This document shows positions 1 to 8,056 of a DNA stretch of 64,000 nucleotides, one piece after another (position 1 is the first letter of the stretch; each line of letters starts with the position of its first letter). The translations under genes were made by a program, and so were the position numbers. Source of the DNA: Parcubacteria group bacterium Greene1014_15 (GTDB lineage Bacteria > Patescibacteriota > Minisyncoccia > Phycocordibacterales > VMGT01). The notes under the pieces were generated by a model that was not told where the DNA came from, made no database searches, and saw nothing but the letters and a program-made list of their open reading frames with translations. The stretch is taken from contig VMGT01000003.1 in the NCBI GenBank assembly GCA_007376725.1, forward strand, positions 4,470-68,469. The letters are read 5' to 3'.

Positions 1-338
1 TGAAAAAGCCGATTTTTCTTGCAGGAGAAGGGTTCTAACTTCGTCCAGTACCCCAAGCTAGACAAGAATTGACCTCATGGATAAAGGTTCCTGACACCTT
101 ATTCCTCACCTTATTCCCCTGACACAAGTCAACGCGGGTGTCCCATTGATGAAAACAGGATATCTGAATACGCAGAAAACGTAATCTTGCCTAATTTATT
201 TTGTTACAGTGCCTTAGTTTTTTAAGACCAACCATATATTTCAGGACAACATACGTGCAAATGACTCTGGTGACACTTCGAGCGCGGCAGAGAAATTCGG
301 CTACGCCACTTTCTTTTTTTTATGGTATAATTTCAAAC

Positions 339-1172
339 ATGCAAGCTATCAACAAAATTTTGAATGTATACACGCTCGTTGTGCTCAATGTTGGCATCAT
401 TTTTGCCGCAGTGTTTATTGGAAACGGAACAGTGTTCTACACAACAGGAATTATCCATATTTTCGCGATTGTATTTGTATTTTTAGCATTCAGCTCTTTA
501 TATCGGCGATACTATATTGCCGACCCCATTTTGCAGAAATCTTTTTTACGTGGAACATTATGGGCATTTGCCATTTTTTCGCTCTCACACGTCGTGGAAT
601 TCATTGGTTTCAAAATCCTTGGCAACTATAGTGACGAACTGTGGGCTGCGGTGGTCAATTTTTATTTACTAAGCTTGTGTGTCATTATTATCGGCGCAGA
701 AGTTTTCTTAAAGCGTATTCGCCGGAGATCCAGTTTCGTGCTGTGGCCTGTTCTCTGTCTCTCCGTTTTTTTGTGCATCTCATCTGTCTGGTATCTTACC
801 AATCCCGGCAGTGTTTCCCTCGAACTTGATGAAATTACTCCATATCTGTATACAGGCGCAACTGTATTGGTCGGCATCTTTGCTGTTGTTGATATTCGAA
901 AAATAGGAAGCGTTGTCCCGCTTCTGGGTTCTTTTTCGCGCGCGTTTGCCCCTGTTATTTTCCTCGTTGTCACTGCTGCGCTTGTCAGTATTTTTTATGA
1001 AGTCCACGATCATATTGAGATACATGAGTATCATCTTATTTATCTTAGTCACTTTATTTTTTATGCCTCACAGAGCGGTATCTACGTGGCATTTCGTTCA
1101 TTGGATTATGTGACTGGCGTGCAAAAGGAAATCAAAAATCTGATTGAGGATAAGGAGAAAAGAAAAGAATAA
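339..1172 (+). CDS. polytopic membrane protein, putative sensor module translationally coupled to downstream PAS histidine kinase
   Basis: ORF 201..1172 in the track. Several hydrophobic helices (VYTLVVLNVGIIFAAVFIG, IIHIFAIVFVFLAF, LLSLCVIIIGAEVF, VLCLSVFLCISSVWYL). The in-frame ATG at 339 lies about 7 nt after an extended -10 TGgTATAAT (323-331). It overlaps the next gene by 1 nt (TAATG). Confidence 0.5.
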   Translation: MQAINKILNVYTLVVLNVGIIFAAVFIGNGTVFYTTGIIHIFAIVFVFLAFSSLYRRYYIADPILQKSFLRGTLWAFAIFSLSHVVEFIGFKILGNYSDELWAAVVNFYLLSLCVIIIGAEVFLKRIRRRSSFVLWPVLCLSVFLCISSVWYLTNPGSVSLELDEITPYLYTGATVLVGIFAVVDIRKIGSVVPLLGSFSRAFAPVIFLVVTAALVSIFYEVHDHIEIHEYHLIYLSHFIFYASQSGIYVAFRSLDYVTGVQKEIKNLIEDKEKRKE

Positions 1173-2263
1173 TGAATGTTCGAAAACCGCTTCCTGAAAA
1201 TAAGCTTATCGTGCGAGTAAGAAAAATTAAACCTCTTGCAAGAGGTTTTGCGAAGTTGGGTGATCATGTCGTTATTACCGACGAAAATGCGTGCATTCTT
1301 TATGCAAATAAAGCCATGGAACGCACTACGGGTTTTTCAGTAGATGAAGTTATGGGCAAAAACCCCGGAGATTTGTGGGGTGGGAAAATGCCAAACGAGT
1401 TTTACACACGGATGTGGAACACAATAAAAGTTGAAAAGAAACCTTTTGTCGGAGAAGTTCGTAACGTGCGAAAAAATGGTGAGGAATATTGGCAGGAACT
1501 TCACATCTCTCCCATTTTGGACGCTCGCGGCGAGGTTAAATTCTTGATAGGCATTGAGCCAAACATCACTGACAGAAAGGAGAAAGAACGGTTTAAGGAC
1601 GAGTTTATTTCCATAGTAGGTCATCAACTCAAAAGCCCCCTTGCAGCTATTCGCTGGATATTAGATTTGTTGCAAAAGGATAGAGGTCTTACGGTAAGAC
1701 AACGCCAGTCATTAGAAGATATCTATGCGTCTAATCTCAACTTACTCGATCTTGTCAATGATTTATTATTAGTATCTCGCACCGGCAACGTAGGAACGAA
1801 TAGGAAAACCATTGATCTTGCTCAAGTAATAAGAAAAATTATTGCACAAATAGAACGGCAACATCCTACGATATCTTTTTCTTTTTCAAACGAAGGTACG
1901 AATCCTCTGTATGCAAATGAGGTTTTAGTGTTACAGATTTTTACCAACATTATTGCGAATGCTGCAGAATATTCTGATGAAAATTCCGGAAAAGTTGAAG
2001 TGAAATTGCTTAAGGAGAAAGAGCATGGTTTTTATATTTTCACGTGCAAAGATAATGGGATCGGCATACCTCCTCAAGATCAAGAGAAAATTTTTTCTAA
2101 AGCATTTCGAGCTTCAAACACCCATCAAGCAAAAAAGAGCGGGACTGGGTTAGGACTTTTTATTGTAAAAACAATTGCAGACAGTTTGGGTTGGACAGTA
2201 TCTTTCGAGAGTACGATTGGCAACGGTACAACCTTTTTTCTTAAAATACCCACGGACGGATAG
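1172..2263 (+). CDS. cytoplasmic PAS-domain sensor histidine kinase
   Basis: PAS-like N-terminus. HisKA H-box IVGHQLKSPLAAIRW. HATPase_c motifs NIIANAAEYS, DNGIGIP, GTGLGLFIV. Confidence 0.8.
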   Translation: MNVRKPLPENKLIVRVRKIKPLARGFAKLGDHVVITDENACILYANKAMERTTGFSVDEVMGKNPGDLWGGKMPNEFYTRMWNTIKVEKKPFVGEVRNVRKNGEEYWQELHISPILDARGEVKFLIGIEPNITDRKEKERFKDEFISIVGHQLKSPLAAIRWILDLLQKDRGLTVRQRQSLEDIYASNLNLLDLVNDLLLVSRTGNVGTNRKTIDLAQVIRKIIAQIERQHPTISFSFSNEGTNPLYANEVLVLQIFTNIIANAAEYSDENSGKVEVKLLKEKEHGFYIFTCKDNGIGIPPQDQEKIFSKAFRASNTHQAKKSGTGLGLFIVKTIADSLGWTVSFESTIGNGTTFFLKIPTDG

Positions 2264-2460
2264 TATAGCATTCTCCCCTGTACAGTAAAAACCAATCTAC
2301 AATAGACCTCTTCGGAAAGTCCTTTCTACTACAATTTTTGTTTTTCGGCTGCGACTGTGTCATGCTTCGTAAAATGATTCTCGCCGTACAATCAGTACGT
2401 CGTCGAATCATTTTACGTGCATTCCTTGTCTCGCTCGAAAAACAAAAATTTCGTAACGAA

Positions 2461-3138
2461 ATGACTTTCATGGCAAACAAAATTATTACAGTACTATTGG
2501 TTGGGGTAGCGTTTAGTGCAGGCTACATAGTGGGACAAAAGCGTGCTCCTGCTGTTTCAAATATACAGCAGGTTGCTCCTCCTGCAGATGAGGATCTGAC
2601 TAACCATGTCGTGATAGAAAAAGATGGATTAACTGTGCGAGATTCAAAAGAACAGGTGCTTTATACTGTTTTGAATCAGAATTATAAAAACAATCCGCTC
2701 GTATTTCTCGAAGTTGCATCCTACTCTTCAGATGGACGCTATGCGCTCATTGTGGGGATGATGCGCGGAAATGAATCGTATGGCATTGTGGATACGCAAA
2801 CAGGCGAGTACCGTACGATAATTTCGGGAATCATGGATGATATCACATGGGCCCCGCGAGAACGGGTTCTTATTATGGCACGTTCAATCTCGATGACAAA
2901 TTCCCCGAGTGGTCTCTATCTTATTGATCTGCGAAAAATCAATACTTTGAATTCTCCTCCGCTACAAGCACGTAATATTGACGTGGATATCGGTTATGCA
3001 AACATGCATTTTTCAACGGTTGATTTTTTTCCCGATGGGAGACAAATTTCATTTACATATTCAGACACTTCGAATAATCCTAAGATTGCCACTACGTCAC
3101 TCAATATTTTTTTAGAATCCTCCTCATCTAATTTTTAA
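2461..3138 (+). CDS. hypothetical N-terminally anchored or exported protein
   Basis: ORF 2338..3138. The in-frame Met at 2461 is followed by a hydrophobic segment (IITVLLVGVAFSAGYIVG). A terminator hairpin lies directly downstream. Confidence 0.4.
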   Translation: MTFMANKIITVLLVGVAFSAGYIVGQKRAPAVSNIQQVAPPADEDLTNHVVIEKDGLTVRDSKEQVLYTVLNQNYKNNPLVFLEVASYSSDGRYALIVGMMRGNESYGIVDTQTGEYRTIISGIMDDITWAPRERVLIMARSISMTNSPSGLYLIDLRKINTLNSPPLQARNIDVDIGYANMHFSTVDFFPDGRQISFTYSDTSNNPKIATTSLNIFLESSSSNF

Positions 3139-3144
3139 CAGAGA

Positions 3145-3178
3145 GCCGCCGTCTCTTGGGAAGAGACGGCGGTTGTTA
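3145..3178. terminator. intrinsic terminator hairpin between convergent genes
   Basis: GCCGCCGTCTCTT-ggg-AAGAGACGGCGG followed by TTGTTAT. It lies between the stop of 2461..3138 (+) and the stop of 3193..3669 (-). Confidence 0.6.
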
Positions 3179-3192
3179 TGGCCGGATATCGT

Positions 3193-3669
3193 TTAGTGAC
3201 CCCTGTTTGGCGCTTCAGTAACCTCTTTTAAGTACTTATAGAAATCATTTATGGAGCTCGTTGTCGGTTCTTTCATCATGAGAACGAGGGTTGTTTTCTC
3301 TACGTAAAACCGACTTAGAATAGTCAGCATATCACCACTTCTGTCGGTAATTGTATACCACAGGACGGCATGTCTGTCTTCGACTCGAATATCGAGAACA
3401 ATGTTATTTGCTTGACGCGTCTCGACATTGTCATAGTATGTGTCGGTTACACCCGGGACTTGCTTACCATTAATGTTATCTACTGTCATGGTCGAGATTT
3501 TGACTGGCCAACTTGTGAAGTCTGGGAGCTCAACCGTTTGCGTTTGAGCAAATAATATTGTATTGCCTGCCAATAACAGCACAAGACAGAAAAAGACGCC
3601 GAGTACTTTTCTCACTGGATTCTCCTTGGAATTGTTTTGACGCGATAGTGCATCCCATAAACCAAACAC
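3193..3669 (-). CDS. hypothetical secreted protein
   Basis: N-terminal signal-like segment VLGVFFCLVLLLAGNTILFAQTQT. No recognisable catalytic motifs. Confidence 0.45.
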   Translation of the reverse strand: MFGLWDALSRQNNSKENPVRKVLGVFFCLVLLLAGNTILFAQTQTVELPDFTSWPVKISTMTVDNINGKQVPGVTDTYYDNVETRQANNIVLDIRVEDRHAVLWYTITDRSGDMLTILSRFYVEKTTLVLMMKEPTTSSINDFYKYLKEVTEAPNRGH

Positions 3670-3740
3670 ACCATATCATACTTTTTTCTGTTAATCAAGT
3701 TTGAGTCCCTGATATACGAACTTGCATGGGAGATGCATTT

Positions 3741-4361
3741 TTATGGCTTTCTCCACTCCACAATTTTTCCAGCTTCTATTTCAAGCAAATCCGCTTTTCG
3801 AAGAAATTGTATTGTTTTTTTGTCTGCTATATCGTAGTGTTTTGAATCATCCAATTCTTCAGGAATACCCCAGATATTTTCATCGGTAGTCAGCCAGTCG
3901 TCTTCAAAGTTAAGGAGACTAAAAGGCGCGGAATACGAGCGCAGAGTTTTTTTGCCGTTGTCGAGAAAATATTCATTAAAGTACGAGAGGACAAGTTCTC
4001 GGATTGTTGCATAGATAGGGTCACGATAATGCAAGACGGCATGATTTGTTTTGCTCACGGCTCCCCACCTGTTATTGTATCGAAAGAGCGTAACAACATG
4101 GTCATCGTCCTCGCGTGTTGTTCTTAAGTCAAGGAGGAGTGGTTTTTGTCCGTGGTACCAAAAAATAGCAGCAGCGAGCATTGCGCCTTCGACGCACTGG
4201 GCTTTGTTATTTCGCAATACACGAAGCGGTGACTGACAACTATCACCGCGAGCTCCAAAATTAATCGGAATTGCATTGAGAAAATCTTGAATTTTTGAAG
4301 GGGAATTGAGACGTTTGAACACCCAAAATTCTTTATTTTTTTGTTCGGGAAACTTTCGCAT
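3741..4361 (-). CDS. hypothetical protein, possible papain-like (C39 or transglutaminase-like) cysteine peptidase fold
   Basis: Motif KAQCVEGAMLAAAIFWYHG resembles the Cys-containing helix of C39-like peptidases, with downstream His and Asp candidates. No signal peptide. This call is inference only. Confidence 0.35.
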   Translation of the reverse strand: MRKFPEQKNKEFWVFKRLNSPSKIQDFLNAIPINFGARGDSCQSPLRVLRNNKAQCVEGAMLAAAIFWYHGQKPLLLDLRTTREDDDHVVTLFRYNNRWGAVSKTNHAVLHYRDPIYATIRELVLSYFNEYFLDNGKKTLRSYSAPFSLLNFEDDWLTTDENIWGIPEELDDSKHYDIADKKTIQFLRKADLLEIEAGKIVEWRKP

Positions 4362-4426
4362 TTGTGTAGTATATCAAATGGAGAAAAAATTAAAGATTTT
4401 CATACGCGCGAGTTTCCATAAAAAGC

Positions 4427-5032
4427 ATGCTACAATATATGCATACTATCAGTAACTCTATGAATATGTGTAAAGAACATCCTCAACATAAACGCGGCAT
4501 AGGATTGTTTATGGTTATTATCATTATTGCAGTTCTTGCAATTTTGGCCGGTGTTGCCGCGCCCAAGTTTATGGCAACGAGAGAAACACGCGATACTGTC
4601 GTACAAGAGCCAGAACAGATGCAGCGTGAAGCAGATCCTGCAGTTGCAACAAAGGCGGCTTGTGAAGCAGCATGCCGCAATCAGTATGGTGGCAGCGGGT
4701 CCGCGGGATTTGATGCCTGTATTCGCGCATGCGGCGCCGGTGGGGTATTGCGTGAGGAAGCGGCGTGCGCATCACCCGGCCCTGCATGTCCTTCACCTCA
4801 ATCCCCCGTGTGTCATAATGGAAAATGGTATTGTCGAGAACATGTCGGAGAGGCCGCGTCAGGTTCGCGTGTATTTCCTGAAACAAACAACGCAACACTT
4901 AACTATCCGGCCGAAACCGCGCTCAAAGAAGCTGCGTGTGGTGAACCCGGGCTTGCCTGTGAGTCTCCCGCATCGCCGGAATGTAGTAATGGAAAGTGGG
5001 TTTGCATTGGGCCCGCAACGGGAGTGAATTGA
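4427..5032 (+). CDS. pilin-like protein with duplicated cysteine-knot modules
   Basis: N-terminus KRGIGLFMVIIIIAVLAILAGVAAPKF resembles a class III (prepilin) signal and hydrophobic helix but lacks Glu5. The C-terminal half holds two tandem 4-Cys modules (ACASPGPACPSPQSPVCHNGKWYC and ACGEPGLACESPASPECSNGKWVC). Confidence 0.5.
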   Translation: MLQYMHTISNSMNMCKEHPQHKRGIGLFMVIIIIAVLAILAGVAAPKFMATRETRDTVVQEPEQMQREADPAVATKAACEAACRNQYGGSGSAGFDACIRACGAGGVLREEAACASPGPACPSPQSPVCHNGKWYCREHVGEAASGSRVFPETNNATLNYPAETALKEAACGEPGLACESPASPECSNGKWVCIGPATGVN

Positions 5033-5035
5033 TTA

Positions 5036-5216
5036 GGGCTCGTTAAAAAATTAATTCCCAAAGATCGCGCACAATGCGCGATCAAATACGACTTGGCGCG
5101 GAATGAGCGAAACCAGGAGTTGTATTCCGATACAACGAGTGGTTTTGCGAGTGAGCACGAGTCGTAGATGACTGCACAGTGTGTGTGAGATTGGGAAGTT
5201 ATTTTTTAACGAGCTC
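5036..5216. repeat. MITE-like element family B copy 1 (about 180 bp with about 21-bp terminal inverted repeats)
   Basis: Termini CGTTAAAAAATTAATTCCCAA ... TTGGGAAGTTATTTTTTAACGAG. Internal palindromes GATCGCGCACAATGCGCGATC and TGTATTCCGATACAA. Near-identical copies lie at about 20696-20877 and, inverted, at about 25290-25478. Confidence 0.8.
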
Positions 5217-5266
5217 TTATTCTCCCAGACAACACCCCGCACGATTGTGCGGGGTGTTGTGGAAGT

Positions 5267-6472
5267 TTATGTTTGTTCAATGAATGTAAGCGCTTTGCCT
5301 TTTTTGCCCGCACGGCCAGTGCGGCCGATGCGGTGTATGTAGTCTTCGTGCGATGCAGGAAGATCGTAGTTGATGACGTGTGAAATGCTGTCAATATCGA
5401 GGCCTCGCGCCGCCACATCTGTTGCAACGAGAATCTGAATATGCGCGCGCTTAAACAAGTCGAGAGCCTTTTGCCGTTTTCCTTGAAGTTTGTTGCCGTG
5501 AATCGATTCTGCACGAAAGCCTTTTTGTGCAAGTATTTTTGAGAGCTTTTCAACACCGTGCTTTGTTCTTCCGAATATGAGCACCTTGCTGAACTCTGGT
5601 TTCATAAGAAGATTTTGCAGAACAATGAGTTTGCTCGTACCAAGAGGTACGCGAACAATGTCTTGTTCGATTGATGCTACGGTGTCACCAGTTTTTACAC
5701 TCACTCTGATGGGGTTGTGAAGAAATTCTCCCACGAGTCGTTCGATTTCCGGTGAAAACGTTGCGGAAAAAAAGAGCGTATGGCGCGGTGAAGGGAGGAG
5801 AGCGAGGATACGACGCATATCTTTGATGAAGCCCATATCGAGCATGCGATCGGCTTCGTCGAGAACTGCGGTGCGAAATTCTGAAAGATTGAGAGCTCTT
5901 CGCTCCAAAAGATCTTTGAGGCGTCCAGGGGTGCCAATAACAAATTGCGGTCTATTGCGGAGCTGTGAGAGTTGCTTTCCCATACTAGCGCCTCCGACGC
6001 AAACTGCGGCGTGGATGTTCAAGCGATAGGCGAACTCGTGAAGCTCCTCTGCGATCTGTCCTGCGAGTTCACGTGTCGGTACCATAATGAGAACGCGCTC
6101 CCGTGGCTGCGTGAGTATTTTGTGAATGAGAGGAATAAGAAAAGCGGCGGTCTTGCCGGTGCCGGTGTTTGCAATGCCGACGACGTCGCTTTTGCGTAGT
6201 ATATGTGCGATAGTTTTATCTTGAATTGGTGTCGGCTCTCGATATCCCTTTTGCGCAATCGCTTCTTTGAGGCGATTTTCTATGGGAAAGTCTGAAAAAC
6301 GATGAGTAGGAACGAACTGCTCAACTTTTTCTGGAGCGGTGGCTTTATTGATGAAACGCGTAATGTCAGCATGTTTAAGCTGTTTAATAGCGCGTTTTTG
6401 ATGAGCACGATTTGGATTTTGTCTAAAATTCGTACGGGCACCTGTTGTATGACGAAAATTTCTAGTTTGCAT
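5267..6472 (-). CDS. DEAD-box ATP-dependent RNA helicase
   Basis: Q-motif and Walker A region ANTGTGKTAAF. DEAD motif VLDEADRMLDMGF. SAT. Helicase C motifs VATDVAARGLDI and HRIGRTGRAG. Confidence 0.85.
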   Translation of the reverse strand: MQTRNFRHTTGARTNFRQNPNRAHQKRAIKQLKHADITRFINKATAPEKVEQFVPTHRFSDFPIENRLKEAIAQKGYREPTPIQDKTIAHILRKSDVVGIANTGTGKTAAFLIPLIHKILTQPRERVLIMVPTRELAGQIAEELHEFAYRLNIHAAVCVGGASMGKQLSQLRNRPQFVIGTPGRLKDLLERRALNLSEFRTAVLDEADRMLDMGFIKDMRRILALLPSPRHTLFFSATFSPEIERLVGEFLHNPIRVSVKTGDTVASIEQDIVRVPLGTSKLIVLQNLLMKPEFSKVLIFGRTKHGVEKLSKILAQKGFRAESIHGNKLQGKRQKALDLFKRAHIQILVATDVAARGLDIDSISHVINYDLPASHEDYIHRIGRTGRAGKKGKALTFIEQT

Positions 6473-6550
6473 TTCGAATGAGTTTGTATCAAGTAAGACT
6501 ACATTATATATTAAATTAGCCTTTTGTCAATCAATTTCGTGGTAACTGCT

Positions 6551-6775
6551 CACACCCTCGGAAAATCTCCCTCATTCCCCCTTTCACAAAGGGGGAAGTC
6601 GAACGCCTCTCCTCCCAAGAACTTCCCCCTTATGAAAGGGGGAATGAGGGAGATTTCAAAGAGGTTGGGAGGGATGTGAACTCCTCCCTTTTTGAAAGGG
6701 AGGATGGGAGGGATGTGAACTCCTCCCTTTTTGAAAGGGAGGATGGGAGGGATTTATTCATAGCTGTGAAAGCTT
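6551..6775. repeat. family A composite hairpin-module repeat array (REP or MITE-like)
   Basis: Two module types. A modules GGGAGGGATGTGAACTCCTCCCTTTTTGAAAGGGAGGAT occur in tandem. B modules are CTTCCCCCTTATGAAAGGGGGAATGAGGGAGATTT. Conserved ends GGGATTTATTCATAGCTGTGA and CACACCCTCGGAAAATC. Other copies lie at 22059-22137, 22789-22972, 49206-49395 and 53803-53936. Confidence 0.8.
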
Positions 6776-6849
6776 ACATTTCGTGAAATATGGCTAATCA
6801 TCTGTAGATACAGAGCATCCCCACGAACAACATGTTCGTGGGGATTGTG

Positions 6850-7275
6850 CTACTCAAAGATGCTCGCAATGAGCTCGTTAACGTCTTGCTCATGTGCTTT
6901 GGTATCGACGATAAGCTCGAGACCGCAGTGCGAGCAGTAGCGGAGTCTGCTCGCATCGATGCCGCACGCTGCGAGGTTGTCGCGGAGTGTCTGTGCTTGG
7001 GGGGATTGCTCGGTCCAAGAAACAACTCGAAGAGTGTGCCAGTGGCGTGTGCACATCTCTTTTCTCGCATCATTTGCTGTGACGTTGTAGACGCTGACAA
7101 AACCCTTGTGGTCAAACGCGAGGTTTTTGAACCCACAATACCCACAAAAATGAGTAAGTGTGCAGAGTGTTGCGCCGCATCCTTTGCATAAGACGGGAAG
7201 ACCGATTGCGCCATTTAGTTTCTCGTTATTTTTTGAAGGAGCAATGTCACCATCGCCGTCATCTTCGTATATCAT
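6850..7275 (-). CDS. double zinc-ribbon protein with acidic termini (paralog 2)
   Basis: CKGCGATLCTLTHFCGYCGFKN ... WH ... YCSHCG. Paralogous to the upstream gene. 4-bp overlap with 7272..7643. Confidence 0.55.
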   Translation of the reverse strand: MIYEDDGDGDIAPSKNNEKLNGAIGLPVLCKGCGATLCTLTHFCGYCGFKNLAFDHKGFVSVYNVTANDARKEMCTRHWHTLRVVSWTEQSPQAQTLRDNLAACGIDASRLRYCSHCGLELIVDTKAHEQDVNELIASIFE

Positions 7276-7643
7276 ATAAGTTCCTTTCTAAAATCCGCGA
7301 GAAATTCGTCAATGTCATCGCCTTGTTCTTCAGATGACCGTAAATCTTTTCCACAATGTGAGCAGAATTTTTGTCTATCATCATGCACACGATGCCAAGG
7401 CGGATCGTTATTGCATTTTTTCAACACACCTTCTATTGAGATGCTTGTTGCAATACGAAAAATCTCTTCATCAAACCCATGGTTTTTGAAGCCACAGGTT
7501 GTACAAAATACCATCAAGTTGAAGACATGACCGGGACAATTTTTACAGCGAGCAACACTATTCGTTGTAAGAATGCATGCTTCACGCAGATTGTCTAATT
7601 CATTCCTATCAAATTCAGTTTCACTATCATCGAAAAGTAACAT
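7272..7643 (-). CDS. double zinc-ribbon protein with acidic termini (paralog 1)
   Basis: CKNCPGHVFNLMVFCTTCGFKN ... WH ... FCSHCG. Acidic N- and C-termini. Confidence 0.55.
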   Translation of the reverse strand: MLLFDDSETEFDRNELDNLREACILTTNSVARCKNCPGHVFNLMVFCTTCGFKNHGFDEEIFRIATSISIEGVLKKCNNDPPWHRVHDDRQKFCSHCGKDLRSSEEQGDDIDEFLADFRKELI

Positions 7644-7683
7644 AATCGCCCCCGTTTTGTGAGAAAAAATTTTTAAGAACTTA

Positions 7684-7794
7684 CCTACTATCTAGTGCCT
7701 TGGCGAAATGTCCAATATTCATTCTAAAACTTTCATATTCTGCGGAAACATATTTTGTTTTGTTTTTTTTGAGGTTAGATAGTAGATAGGCTCT
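7684..7794. repeat. MITE-like element family C (short copy)
   Basis: Termini CCTACTATCTAGTGCC ... TTAGATAGTAGATAGGCTC match the TIRs of the copy at 28035-28214 and the half copy at 22722-22788. Confidence 0.6.
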
Positions 7795-8056
7795 GAACTC
7801 GACAATACGATACTATATAATAAATGTCAAGGATTTAGAGTGTAACCTCTCACACCTACCTTATTCAACAACAAACTTCGTCATATAAAGCAACTACCTC
7901 TACTACTATGAGGTATTCTGAAAGTGGGAGACGGAACGAATCGTCAATGGCTTCGAGCCACGCGCAATGACGGCTCTGTTACCGAGTCTTGTGGCAGGTG
8001 TGAGCAGATACTTTAGGGTTGCCTTTGTTGCAACTCGTGAGTAACATCAGACGTAT

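Noticed and set aside
5051-5242. Small ORFs inside family B elements (5051..5242, 20631..20813) as genes.
   Set aside because: They are contained within a repeated non-coding element with TIRs and internal palindromes. The different copies do not preserve a common reading frame end to end.
5230-5259. Hairpin CAACACCCCGCAC-gatt-GTGCGGGGTGTTG as the Rho-independent terminator of the DEAD-box helicase gene.
   Set aside because: On the helicase (-) strand it is not followed by a U-run. It may instead terminate the plus-strand pilin-like transcript, or be structural only. It is not listed as a feature.
6832-7191. Plus-strand ORF 6832..7191 (119 aa) overlapping the zinc-ribbon gene.
   Set aside because: The minus-strand ORF shows a conserved Cys pattern and a tandem paralog. 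The plus-strand ORF has none.
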